A stretch of DNA of 64,000 nucleotides from Cyanophora paradoxa CCMP329 (Eukaryota; Plantae; Glaucophyta): NCBI GenBank assembly GCA_004431415.1, contig QPMI01000414.1, positions 1-64,000 of the forward strand. Direction: 5' to 3'. Made by a program: the position numbers and the translations under genes. The notes below the pieces were generated by a model. It saw nothing but the letters and a program-made list of their open reading frames with translations, had not been told where the DNA came from and did no database searches. Positions 1 through 10,400 of the stretch are shown here, piece after piece (the stretch's first letter is position 1; each line of letters starts with the position of its first letter).

Positions 1-975
1 GTGGTCGGGGCATGAAGGCGGAAGGAGACTTGTCGGTTTTGGAGAAGTCTGAAGAAAGCGTCGACGGGTTCTGCAGGTATGGGTTGTGCGAGGAGAACGG
101 GTGTGGCCAGGTGGGCCCCAGACCGGGGGTTGGGGTCGATGAGGGAGAGGGGGGCCGCTTTAAGGGCAGCCAGGCGAGATTTTATGCCGTCGAGGAGGGG
201 AAGTACTCGGCGATCATACCTGGGGCCGTCAGGGTCGATGGCAGCTGAGTAGGGGATGGCTCGGCGTCCATAGCGTTCGAATAAAACAGGAAGGGCGCCG
301 GTTTGGTCGCGGAAAGGGAACGTGGGTGGGGGGCCAGGCGGGGCGGGGGTGGGGTGGCAGTGCGGGCAGGACAGGGCGGGTCCCCGTGCCCATTGTTCTG
401 CGATCAGGGAGGAAATAGGGATGCCCCACATGCCAGGGTCGCAACGGTGGTACGCGACCAGAGGGGTGCCAGCCTCGGTCTGGGAGGTGGGGGCGAGTGT
501 AAGATCCTCGTCCCAGTACCAGGCGGGGAGAGGCGTGTCACGGTCGGCGGGGACAGCGGGTTTGCAGAGGGAAGTGGGGTAGAAATGCCAGGTGGGGCCG
601 GAACCCCTAGGATGGGCTAAGTAATAGTCGAGGGCGAGTTTCCTTGTAGGCCCGGGATCAGGGTAGTCAACATCAGGGGCGTCCTCGGGGAGTGGTTGAA
701 GGAAGATTGGGTTGGGAGGGGAGCAGCACTGGAAGGAGATGCTGTGAGTGATGTCTCTGCGTCCTAAGGCTTCAAGGAAAGCGGAGTAGGCGCGGAGGAT
801 GTCGCAGTCCGAGACGATAGTCAGGTGTTCGTCGGAAGGGAAGAGAGCATGATCCTTGGGAAGTCGGATGCAGCGGTCCAGATGACGGTGTCCGCCGCGT
901 GAAGGCGCGTTCAAGTCTGGCGGACGCGAGGGGACAAGGTCGAGGACCAGGTGGGTGTTGGTAGTCTCGAGGCAT

Positions 976-2586
976 CTATATAGTCAACGAGGTCCGCTTG
1001 CATCGGAGGAAATGGTAGTCGGCGGGGCTGTCAGCGAGAATATATGTACGAATGTGCCGGCGAGGCGGGAAGAGGGACGAGAATAGGGACGGGGGGAGAG
1101 GTGGGGAGGAGTCGTCCGAAAAAAGGAGTCGGGCATCGGGGATGTCCATTCCACCAATATAGTGGTAGGGAGCCGAGGCAGAGAACGTCTGCGGAGCGGT
1201 AGGTAGGGGGGCAGCTGGTCCGCTGAGGGGGACGCGGGGTCGGCGGGGGGAAGAGGGGGCCGGGCGGCGGGTCGTCGTTGGTGTCGGAGCCGTGGCGGGT
1301 GGCCGCGGGATGGTCTTTGGTTGGTGAGAGGGGACCCACTGAAGCGTGACTTGGAAATTCGGGTCTTGGGCGATACGAATGGCGTATTGCGTGCGAGCGT
1401 TGAGGAGAAGGGCCCCGTCTTCTCGGCGGAGCAGGGTGCGGAAGTTGATGGGATGGGAGAAAGATGAAGGGTCTTGAAAGGCGAAGGCTGTCAGGGCTCG
1501 GATAGTGTTCTGACTGTCCGTGATAATTTTCCCGCCCGTGGGCCCGAAATACGTGAATGCTGCGGAGATTGTGCCTGCTAGCTCTCCCAGGTTCACGTTA
1601 TGTTGGACGCCGGGGAGACGGTGGGCGAACTCGATTTTGTCAGGCAGGTCGGGATTATTTTCGAGGGGTGCGAGGCCGGCGTAAGTGGTTCGGACGGAGG
1701 CGGAGCCCTGTTTTTGTGTGCTGGCGTCCGTGTATATTACCCGGGGAGTAGGTCCGGAGGGAAGGGGCGGGGAGTTTAGTGCGCGGAGTGTAGGGCAGAG
1801 CTCTGCGAAAAGGGCTCGGGAGGTAATGAAAAGGAAGTTGAGCCCGGCCGGGGATTCATAGAAGTCGCGGTCGGCTTGTGATGCTGGGGTCATAAGGCGT
1901 GGGCGTCTCTCGAGGGCAACATTGGTAGCCTGGGCCTCCGCTCGGAAAGAGTCCCACCAGTCAGTTTCCCGGAGCCAGAGGTCGATGAAGCCAATGTGTG
2001 TGATTTCGCGGGGGAGGTTGGGAGGGGGGAGTTCTGGGTCATATTGAGCAGGAGGGGTAGCTGAGGAGGGGTCAAGGCGGGCTTTTTTAGCTGCGCGTGT
2101 GGGTTGAGCACGGGAGGGCTGCTGTCCTCTAGAGTGGGAGCATGTGAAGGCGGAGGTGGAGTCGGGCAGCTGCCGGGAGCGGGTGGGCACCGGCCTATTG
2201 AGATTGGAGGGGCTCGGAGACCAGCCCTTCGATTCGCACGACGAGCCTGCCGGGATTCGGCGGACGTGAGATGCGTACTCGACCCATCGGCAAGCAGTCG
2301 TAGAGAGGCCCAGCTCGCGATGAAGCTGTTCAGAGCCGCAGTATTTTGGGTGAGGGCAAAATTGGAATTCCAGTCTGCGTTCACGCCAGGCGGGGTCGAG
2401 CTCAAGCGCCGATAGACCGGGATCGCGCGTGGAGAGGCCATCATATGGGGTGAGGCAGTAATGGACGAGTTCCACCCCATAGTTATACTCTGAATCCCGG
2501 GGGCAGTTGGGGTCCGCGTCAGGGTCCTCGGAGGCCGGTTCGTCCAGGTTTCGTCCGGATCGGGGGTTTCCCAACGACCCGGCCAA
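976..2586 (-). CDS. Retrotransposon polyprotein segment with RNase H domain (core about 1320-1745)
   Basis: Motifs VIYTDAS, NVNLGELAG, IITDSQN and VTLQWVPSH match RNase HI catalytic D/E/D and the WVPxH motif. The final GNExAD motif is not seen. Confidence 0.85.
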   Translation of the reverse strand: MAGSLGNPRSGRNLDEPASEDPDADPNCPRDSEYNYGVELVHYCLTPYDGLSTRDPGLSALELDPAWRERRLEFQFCPHPKYCGSEQLHRELGLSTTACRWVEYASHVRRIPAGSSCESKGWSPSPSNLNRPVPTRSRQLPDSTSAFTCSHSRGQQPSRAQPTRAAKKARLDPSSATPPAQYDPELPPPNLPREITHIGFIDLWLRETDWWDSFRAEAQATNVALERRPRLMTPASQADRDFYESPAGLNFLFITSRALFAELCPTLRALNSPPLPSGPTPRVIYTDASTQKQGSASVRTTYAGLAPLENNPDLPDKIEFAHRLPGVQHNVNLGELAGTISAAFTYFGPTGGKIITDSQNTIRALTAFAFQDPSSFSHPINFRTLLRREDGALLLNARTQYAIRIAQDPNFQVTLQWVPSHQPKTIPRPPATAPTPTTTRRPAPSSPRRPRVPLSGPAAPLPTAPQTFSASAPYHYIGGMDIPDARLLFSDDSSPPLPPSLFSSLFPPRRHIRTYILADSPADYHFLRCKRTSLTI

Positions 2587-3042
2587 CTAGGCCTTGGGAT
2601 GTCCATACAAAATCGCCAATTTTAGTCCGCAAGGACGCGTTAGCTTGGAGAGAGCGACGAATGTCTGGGATAGAGGGCGGTGGAGGCATAGGGTGGCGGG
2701 GGAGGAAAGGGGACCGGGTGGAGGGGCGGGGAAGAGAGAGTTCTTCGCGGACAGCGTCCCACCAGGAGGGGGCACGTTTGTAGTATGCCGGGACACGGCC
2801 GTGACTCCAGAGGAGGACCATTCGGCAAGGGAGCCGTCAGGGCCGTGATGTCGCGGATTGTGAGGAGGCCGCAGCGATAGAGTCGCTGACCGGCTTGTTG
2901 GAGGGTGAGGGGCGACAATTGCGTTGATATAATATATTCTCGTCGAAGATGGGATCGGCGGGAGGGAGGCCATGTGTCCAGGAGTCGCACGTTGTGAGGA
3001 TGTGATGGGAGGTGGAGGTCAGGTCTGCCGTGATGGCAAGCG

Positions 3043-4758
3043 TTATATTTTCTGTAGTGTGAGGGCCCCGAGGGGAGGTTCGGATATTCGTGTGGGAGAA
3101 GGGGAAGCCCGTATCGGGCCTGGGTGTCGAGGACACGTTGTCGGTATATTTGGCCGTAGAGTGATGATGTGTGAGAGGCTAGTTCCTGGCGGAGGCGCTC
3201 GTCGACGCACTGCTGTTGGCGTTGGATGACGGCTATTGAGGGAAGGCGATAGATGGAAGAGAAGGCAGCCGTGGAACGGACTGGGCCAGGTTGGCGTGTG
3301 TTTGGCCGCGGTGAGCCAGACAGCGTCGAGGGATTGGCATTGGGATGGCGTTAAGGTCATGATGCGGAGAGGGTATGCCAGTTTGGGGAAGAGAACCCGA
3401 TGTAGTATCACTTGGAATTCGTGGACGGTAATCTTCTTTGCGGCTAGGACGGAGATTGCGGACTGGAGCTGGGACTTGAGTAGACGGACTTGGTGGGTCC
3501 AAGACAGGTTGGCAGTAAACTGGACGCCGAGGACGCGGAATGGTGTTGTGGGGGAGAGGATGTGTCCAACCTCAGCTCTGGAATCGCCGACGCCGACATA
3601 GTATTTGCTCTTGACTGGCGCTTCGGATCGGGGGGGTTTCCAGTGGAAAATTTCCGTCTTTTTGGCGTTCAAGTTCATGCCATGGATATGGAGAAATTCG
3701 GACAGCCAGTCAAGCATATGTTGGAGACCCTGAGCCGAGCTGGCAAGCATGGTGGTGTCATCGGCGTATGCGAGCACAGAGACTGTGGGGCGGGGACGCG
3801 GGGAAGTAGAGAGGTTCGCCAGGGCATGGTGGGCGGGGGGAACGGGGGCGGGTAGGGTCAGATCGGTGCGGCCCGAGCTGGTAGCCGAAATTGGACTGAG
3901 TCGCTCGTTCTTCAATGGCGGTGAGAGCGGCGTCGAAGAAAATGCGCCAGTGGAGAGGCTTCGATGCCTCCTTGGGGGAGGCCACAGGGGACTTGAAATA
4001 GTCCGTGCGGCCGTGGGGGTAAGGATGCACGCCGTGCGGTGTTGAGCTGCTTTTTTGTGGAGGGCTATATAGCGTTTTCCTTCAGGATGGAGGTGGAGTT
4101 GGATACGATTAAGGCTGAGCTCTTGGCTATGCCAGGAGACACTGTCGTAGGCGCTGGCGATATCCCCCAGGCCGCCGAAGATTGGCTTTTTGAACTGGTG
4201 CGCGTCCTCGAGGGAGGATCGGAGGGCGTAGAGAACAGGGTCGGTAGATTCGCGGCGACAAAAACCGTAGTTGCGGCCGCGTAGTATGTTATGTGTGTCA
4301 ATGCGGTCTTCCATGCGGTGGGTCAGGAGGCCCGTGACCAGCTTCCAGGTGACTTCTTGAAGGGTGATGGGGCGGAGATCGGCAAGATCTGCTGAGTTAT
4401 CACGTTTCGGGATAGCGTAGACTTGACCGCGAAGTGCGTGGTCGGGCACGTGGCCGAGAAGAGTGGAGTGGACTAGAGCTCGGATGGCGTCGCGCGAGGT
4501 GGTCCAGTGAGCCGCGGACTCGAAGCTGTTTATCTCGTCGGTAGAGTGTGAGGCGGCTAAGGCCTGGCGTTCCGTCTTGGAGAGGCGGAGGGGGGACCAG
4601 AGCATTTTAATCATTCCGTTCGTGAGGCCGGAGGGACCGCCTGCGCCATTGGACAGGGACGAGATGAGGCGATCGAGTTCGGGGTCCTCTGGCATGGCCA
4701 TTAGTCCGTCCCAGACGGCGGGGGTGAAGTGGGAAAGGGTCGGTACTGGCGTTTCCAA
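3043..4758 (-). CDS. Non-LTR reverse transcriptase domain (frameshifted)
   Basis: GAGGPSGL, IPK, LRPITL, NYGF, DIASAYDSVSW, LAYADD, GMNLNAKKT, FRVLGV. The GLPQGG-SPLHWRIFFD region (about 3930-4010) is split over three frames by 1-bp losses. Confidence 0.93.
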   Translation of the reverse strand: METPVPTLSHFTPAVWDGLMAMPEDPELDRLISSLSNGAGGPSGLTNGMIKMLWSPLRLSKTERQALAASHSTDEINSFESAAHWTTSRDAIRALVHSTLLGHVPDHALRGQVYAIPKRDNSADLADLRPITLQEVTWKLVTGLLTHRMEDRIDTHNILRGRNYGFCRRESTDPVLYALRSSLEDAHQFKKPIFGGLGDIASAYDSVSWHSQELSLNRIQLHLHPEGKRYIALHKKAAQHRTACILTPTAARTISSPLWPPPRRHRSLSTGAFSSTPLSPPLKNERLSPISATSSGRTDLTLPAPVPPAHHALANLSTSPRPRPTVSVLAYADDTTMLASSAQGLQHMLDWLSEFLHIHGMNLNAKKTEIFHWKPPRSEAPVKSKYYVGVGDSRAEVGHILSPTTPFRVLGVQFTANLSWTHQVRLLKSQLQSAISVLAAKKITVHEFQVILHRVLFPKLAYPLRIMTLTPSQCQSLDAVWLTAAKHTPTWPSPFHGCLLFHLSPSLNSRHPTPTAVRRRAPPPGTSLSHIITLRPNIPTTCPRHPGPIRASPSPTRISEPPLGALTLQKI

Positions 4759-4804
4759 AATCTGCCCAGCCAGGCGCCGTTTTCAATGTCCGCGAATTTC
4801 GTAG

Positions 4805-7453
4805 CTATGGCATCCAGGTTTGGGGCAGCCTTGCGGAGTCGCCAGAAATTTTTGAAGTGATCCAGATGTGCGCGTTTAATTTCATTGGATCAGTGAGCAC
4901 TTCGGGTAGCCCCGCTGCCGTGCGGGTAAGGTATAGGCGGGGGGCGGATCGGAAGCGGGAGAGGAGGAGTTGAATAGCCCGACCCATACTTCGACAGTGG
5001 GACAGGAGGTGGCGGCGGGTGTCAATATTGCGAGCAATGTCGGCTTCGGTATATGCACGGCGATGGTTGTCCAGGGCGGCCCGCGCCTGTAAGTGCCATG
5101 TACTTAGTTGAGTATGGTACTCGGCGATTTCAGAGCCTGTAATGGTACCATTCTCGAATTCAGGGTAAGTGGGAGGGTCGGGGAAAGCGAGGAGGGAGGG
5201 GCAGAATGTCAGTGTGGTGTCCGAGCCCGCAGCTTTTCGGATGTCCGTCACGTCTTTGGGAAGGTCCCGGAGGACGGCCCGGATAGTTTCGTCAGGCGGG
5301 TGGTCTGTGGAGCCTTGGTGCGCCCAGTCGTGTAAGGCCTGTCCAACGCGGCCAACGAGTTGTTCGTCGTCAGCGTCCAGTGCAGATAGATGGTTGAACT
5401 TAGCCATATCTCCCTGGGCAGCTACGCGGTGTTGGAGGACTTTAGCAGTAGAGAATTCTTGGGAGTGGGCGACGGACTTGATACTTTGGGCGATAGCACA
5501 GAGGAGGGAGCGGTGGGATTTCGTGGCGCGTTGGGCGTAGTCGGGGCTGCTCTCGGGAGTGAGAAGGAGCTGGATATACCGCTGGCCGTGTTTGTGGAGA
5601 AAAGTTTCGACAGCGAGCTTGAAAGCAAGTCGAATGGGTGCAGGTTGGGCGGCATAGTTGAAGAGAGGAGGGAGAGGCTGGGGTCGGGGCTGGCGGGGCT
5701 CCGTAGGGGGGGCAGAGAGCACGCCTTCGGTTTTGAAGGTCGCAAGTACGGGGAGATGGTCGGCCGTGAGTAAAGGGGACGGTCGGCCAGGAACATAGAG
5801 CGTGCGAGTTCCTAGTGATCGGGCCGCGAGAGTGGGGGAGGCAAGGGCGTAGTCGATGCGGGCGGCGTCCAGGAGGGGGCGGTGGCCCTGATCGTCAAGA
5901 AAGTCGGCGTGGCGGGAAACATGTGTGAAATCGCCCGGGGTTCCGGTATCATAAAGACCCCAGGTCTTGCGGAAAAGGGTCCATATTTCTGCATAGGAGT
6001 TCGGAGGGGTAGTTTCAGTGCGCCGGTTGCCCCCGGTGATCCGGTCGTGGCACGGAGAGTAGGTGCTATTCATATCGCCGAGTACTAGGAGATGTGTCTG
6101 CCAGTCAGGCTCGTGGATGTCGGGTGCGACCTTCGCGGTCAGGTATTCGGTGAGGTCGTGGAGCTCTTTTTGCAAATTGTCGTGCCCGCAGTCCGGTACA
6201 TAGAGTGAGAGGACAATGAGGCGCTCGCGCGTGCGCGGGAAGTCAAACCGAGCGCCGGCTACTCGGCCGTCAAACGCGTAATCCGCCTGGCGGTGCGCTG
6301 CATAGCTTGCTGAGATCCACAGCGCGGAGCCGGCGGTGCCAGGGCGGGCCGCGGATGGAGGAGAGTAGATAAGGTAGCTAGATTTATGGCGGCGGACTGC
6401 TGTCCTAATCAGGTGATCGCGGATATTGGGCGGAAAGGGCTTCGAGGGGGGGCGGTCGGTAGGGACCATGTCGACCTCTTGAAGAGCAACGAAGTGGCAG
6501 TCCCAGTCACGGCGGCCATAGTCAATTGCGCTGATAAATTTAGTTGCAATATTGTTGCCGCTCGCCTTCCCCTCCAAGCGGCGAATATTCCACGTGAGGG
6601 CGCGGAGGTTCAGCTTCGCATTTGCCGCGTCCGGGGGGTGTGCTAGGACAGGGATCTGGAGCGCATCACGATGGTGGCGAGCGTCAATACGGTCAGCGGT
6701 GTACAGAGAGGGAGGGTATAGTGTTAGAAGGGACGTGGCCGCCGTGACTAGTGTCGGAGAGGAAAGGGCGGCGGCGGCGGTAGCGACTGCGGCGGCCGTT
6801 GCTGTGCTGGGCTCGATGTCCGCAAGGGCAACGGGGACAAGGGCGGCGAGGAGAACACAGAGGAGGAGGCGCGTGAGGAGAGGGGCCGGGCGGCTGAAGG
6901 ACCGTTGGGCTTGTGGGGCGCGGCGCGCAGGCCGGCGCCGGTCCAGGAGTTCGAGACCGGTGTCGACGTCAAGCGGCGCAGAGTCCGTGACGCCGGCGTC
7001 GGCGGGGCCAGCGCTAGCGTGCACGTGGGCGCTAGTGCGGGGGCTAACTGTGAGGTACGCAGCCGTACGCATGGCTAGTACATGTCCGGATCCGTACGTG
7101 TGGTTCGTACGACAACTCTCGGCGTCATGCAGCGCAGCGTCTGAGCTCGAGGCGCCGGCGTTGGTGGGGTCAGCCCTAGCGTGGGCGCCAGTGCTAGCTG
7201 CGTAACCTGCATGGGTAGTATCGGTGTTACAGCTAGACCCCGGCACGTGGCCGTACGCGGGGTTAGTGGTACTGGCTATAGTGCAGCTATTCAAGCCCCA
7301 ATCGCAGATTGCGGAGATACTGGGCCGCTTCGAATCATTGTCCGACTCACCAATCGTGCCGAATGAGTTTTTTGACGGCACGCGGTGGGGGTACCGGTAG
7401 GCGCAGTTTCGTCCGGGGCCCTGGGACGTTCCGACCGGAGAGGGAAGCTCCAC
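4805..7453 (-). CDS. APE-type endonuclease domain (core about 5740-6600) plus linker, preceded by a hydrophobic segment
   Basis: Motifs LTWNIRRL, VALQEVD, LSLYVP, LGDMNS, RIDYAL and ADHLPV in canonical order. Confidence 0.92.
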   Translation of the reverse strand: MELPSPVGTSQGPGRNCAYRYPHRVPSKNSFGTIGESDNDSKRPSISAICDWGLNSCTIASTTNPAYGHVPGSSCNTDTTHAGYAASTGAHARADPTNAGASSSDAALHDAESCRTNHTYGSGHVLAMRTAAYLTVSPRTSAHVHASAGPADAGVTDSAPLDVDTGLELLDRRRPARRAPQAQRSFSRPAPLLTRLLLCVLLAALVPVALADIEPSTATAAAVATAAAALSSPTLVTAATSLLTLYPPSLYTADRIDARHHRDALQIPVLAHPPDAANAKLNLRALTWNIRRLEGKASGNNIATKFISAIDYGRRDWDCHFVALQEVDMVPTDRPPSKPFPPNIRDHLIRTAVRRHKSSYLIYSPPSAARPGTAGSALWISASYAAHRQADYAFDGRVAGARFDFPRTRERLIVLSLYVPDCGHDNLQKELHDLTEYLTAKVAPDIHEPDWQTHLLVLGDMNSTYSPCHDRITGGNRRTETTPPNSYAEIWTLFRKTWGLYDTGTPGDFTHVSRHADFLDDQGHRPLLDAARIDYALASPTLAARSLGTRTLYVPGRPSPLLTADHLPVLATFKTEGVLSAPPTEPRQPRPQPLPPLFNYAAQPAPIRLAFKLAVETFLHKHGQRYIQLLLTPESSPDYAQRATKSHRSLLCAIAQSIKSVAHSQEFSTAKVLQHRVAAQGDMAKFNHLSALDADDEQLVGRVGQALHDWAHQGSTDHPPDETIRAVLRDLPKDVTDIRKAAGSDTTLTFCPSLLAFPDPPTYPEFENGTITGSEIAEYHTQLSTWHLQARAALDNHRRAYTEADIARNIDTRRHLLSHCRSMGRAIQLLLSRFRSAPRLYLTRTAAGLPEVLTDPMKLNAHIWITSKISGDSARLPQTWMP

Positions 7454-10400
7454 CGGCCACTGCAGTATGCGACGGCTCTGATGGGGCTTCCGTGCTCCAG
7501 TCCAGCGATCAAGTTCTGGGGCATGCCGTAGCGCGGTCTAGCGACCGTGGTCCAGGAGGTGCTCCAGATGCAGACACGGCGACTGAGCTGCGAAAGTACT
7601 TGCGCGGCCTGCTGGATGCCGAGGCGAGCAGCGCAGCGTGGCGCGGCAGCGACAACAGCATCCCGACGGGGGTTGACCTCTTGCGGCGGGCCTGGCGACG
7701 CGTTCGACGGGCGAGGCGTTGCAGACGGGCCGCCGGGACACTTCTGCAACCCTAGGTTTGCTCTAGGGATCGGACAGTCGTCTCGGGCGCGGCACCGAGC
7801 CGCCGGGCCAACAGCGTCCTGCAGGTCGCGCGGCGTGGGCGGAGGCGAGACGGGCGGCGCGCTGAGGCCCGGTGGCGGCTTCGCTTCAGGTCCAGGTCCG
7901 TCAGCGCGGGCGCGGCGCCGGGCAGCGGGGAGGCCGACAGCGTCCTGCAGGTCGCGCGGCGCCGGCGCGGGCGGAGGCGAGACGGGAGGCGCGTGGGGGC
8001 CCGGCGGCGGCTTCACTTTAGGTCCAGGTCCGTCAGCGCGGGCGCGGCGCCGGGCAGCAGGGAAGCCGACAGCGTCCTGCAGGTCGCGCGGCGCCGGCGA
8101 GGGCGGAGGCGAGACGGGCGACGCGCTGGGGCTCGGCGGCGGCGTCACCTCAGGTCCAGGTCCGTCGGCACGAGCGCGGCGCCGGGCAGCGGAGAGGCCG
8201 ACAACGGCCTGCAGGTCGCGCGGCGCCGGCGCGAGCGGAGGCGAGACGGGCGGCGCGCGGGGGCACGGCGGCGGCTTGTCTTCAGGTCCAGGTCCGTCAA
8301 ATCGGGCGCAGCGCGGGGCGGCAAAGGGGCCGACAGCGTCCCGCAGGTCTAGCGGCGCGAGCTGGGGCGAGGCGGGCGGTGCACGGGGGCTCGGTGGCGG
8401 CGTCACTTCAGGTCCAGGTCCGTCAGCTCGGGCGCAGCGCGGGGCGGCGGGAGGGCCGACAGCGTCCCGCAGGTCTAGCGGCGCGAGCTGGGCGAGGCGG
8501 GCGGCGCGCTGGGCACGGCGGCGGCTTCACTTCCGGCCCAGGTCCGTCAGCTCGGGCGCAGCGCGGGGCAGCAGGGGGCCGACAGCGTCCCGCAGGTCTA
8601 GCGGCGCGAGCTGGGGCGAGGCGGGCGGCGCGCGGGGGTTCGGTGGCGGCTTCGCTTCCGGCCCAGGTCCGTCAGCTCGGGCGCAGCGCGGGGCGGCGGG
8701 GGGGCCGACAGCGTCCCGCAGGTCTAGCAGCGCGAGCTGGGGCGAGGCGGGCGGCGCGCGAGGGCTCGGCGGCGGCTTCACTTCCGGCCCAGGTCCGTCA
8801 GCACGGGCACAGCGCGGGGCGGCGGGAGGGCCGACATCGTCCCGCAGGTCTAGCGGCGCGAGCTGGGGCGAGGCGGGTGGCGCACGGGGGCACGGCGGCG
8901 GCTTGTCTTCAGGTCCAGGTCCGTCAAATCGGGCGCAGCGCGGGGCGGCAAAGGGGCCGACAGCGTCCCGCAGGTCTAGCGGCGCGAGCTGGGGCGAGGC
9001 GGGCGGTGCACGGGGGCTCGGTGGCGGCGTCACTTCCGGCCCAGGTCCGTCAGCTCGGGCGCAGCGCGGGGCAGCAGGGGGGCCGACAGCGTCCCGCAGG
9101 TCTAGCGGCGCGAGCTGGGGCGAGGCGGGTGGCGCACGGGGGCACGGCGGCGGCTTCACTTCCGGCCCAGGTCCGTCAGCTCGGGTGCAGCGCGGGGCGG
9201 CGGGAGGGCTGACAGCATCCCTCAGGTCTAGCGGCGTGAGCTGGGGCGAGGCGGGCGGCGCGCGGGGGCTCGGTGACGGCGTCACTTCCGGCCCAGGTCC
9301 GTCAGCTCGGGCGCAGCGCGGGGCGGCGGGAGGGCCGACAGCGTCCCGCAGGTCTAGCGGCGCGAGCTGGGGCGAGGCGGGCGGCGCGCGGGGGCTCGGT
9401 GGCGGCGTCACTTCCGGCCCAGGTCCGTCAGCTCGGGCGCAGCGCGGGGCGGCGGGAGGGCCGACAGCGTCCCGCAGGTCTAGCGGCGCGAGCTGGGGCG
9501 AGGTGGGCGGCGCGCGGGGGCTCGGTGACGGCGTCACTTCCGGCCCAGGTCCGTCAGCTCGGGCGCAGCGCGGGGCGGCGGGAGGGCCGACATCGTCCCG
9601 CAGGTCTAGCGGCGCGAGCTGGGGCGAGGCGGGCGGCGCGCGAGGGCTCGGCGGCGGCTTCACTTCAGGTCCAGGTCCGTCAGCACGGGCGCGGCGCCGG
9701 GCAGCGGGGAAGCCGACAGCGTCCTGCAGGTCGCGCGGCGCCGGCGCGGGCGGAGTCGAGACGGGCGGCGCGTGGGGGCCCGGCGGCGGCTTCACGTCAG
9801 GTCCAGGTTCGGCAGCGCGGGCGCGGCGCCGGGCAGCGGGGAAGCCGACAGCGTCCTGCAGGTCGCGCGGCGCCGGCGCGAGCGGAGTCGAGACGGGCGG
9901 CGCGTGAGCGAGGGGGGAAGGAGTAACAGGGGTATAAATTTTCAGTATTGCAGCCCGCAGCAGCGCGGCTAGCGCTAAAGCTAGCGCGAGCGCGAGCGGC
10001 GCGTAGACGGGGGGCCAGGAGAGAGCAAGGTTCGGCAGTGCCGACCCCGCGTTTGCTCGCATAAGGAGGGCGGTGAGGAGTAGGAGGCGGAGCACCGTAG
10101 CTGGGGTGTAGTTCGGGTACGGGGCTTGGCGGAGGGGGCCGCGGGGGGATATACTTTCGAGGAGGGATTGAAGCGCGAAACCCGCGAGGGAGGCCGCGGT
10201 GATGAGACTGATAAAACTGATGGGGTCGGGCTGGGCGAAGTGGAGGAGGAGGAGGGGGGCGGTGGCGGGAAGGGAGAGGATGAGTGGGATGTACCCCGGA
10301 TCCTCGGCCCCGTAGAGGCTTGCCGCAGGTCTACTACTATGTGGTAGGCTGTGCAGACCAAGACATGCCATTCCGCTGCGAAGTAGGCCGGAGTAACTAG

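Noticed and set aside
7790-9905. CRISPR-like array beside a reverse transcriptase
   Set aside because: Units are homologous along their whole length with no unique spacers, there are no cas genes, and the context is eukaryotic.
7547-9907. 786-aa plus-strand Gly/Ala/Arg ORF
   Set aside because: Antisense shadow of the GC-rich triplet-length tandem array; the element's sense strand is minus.
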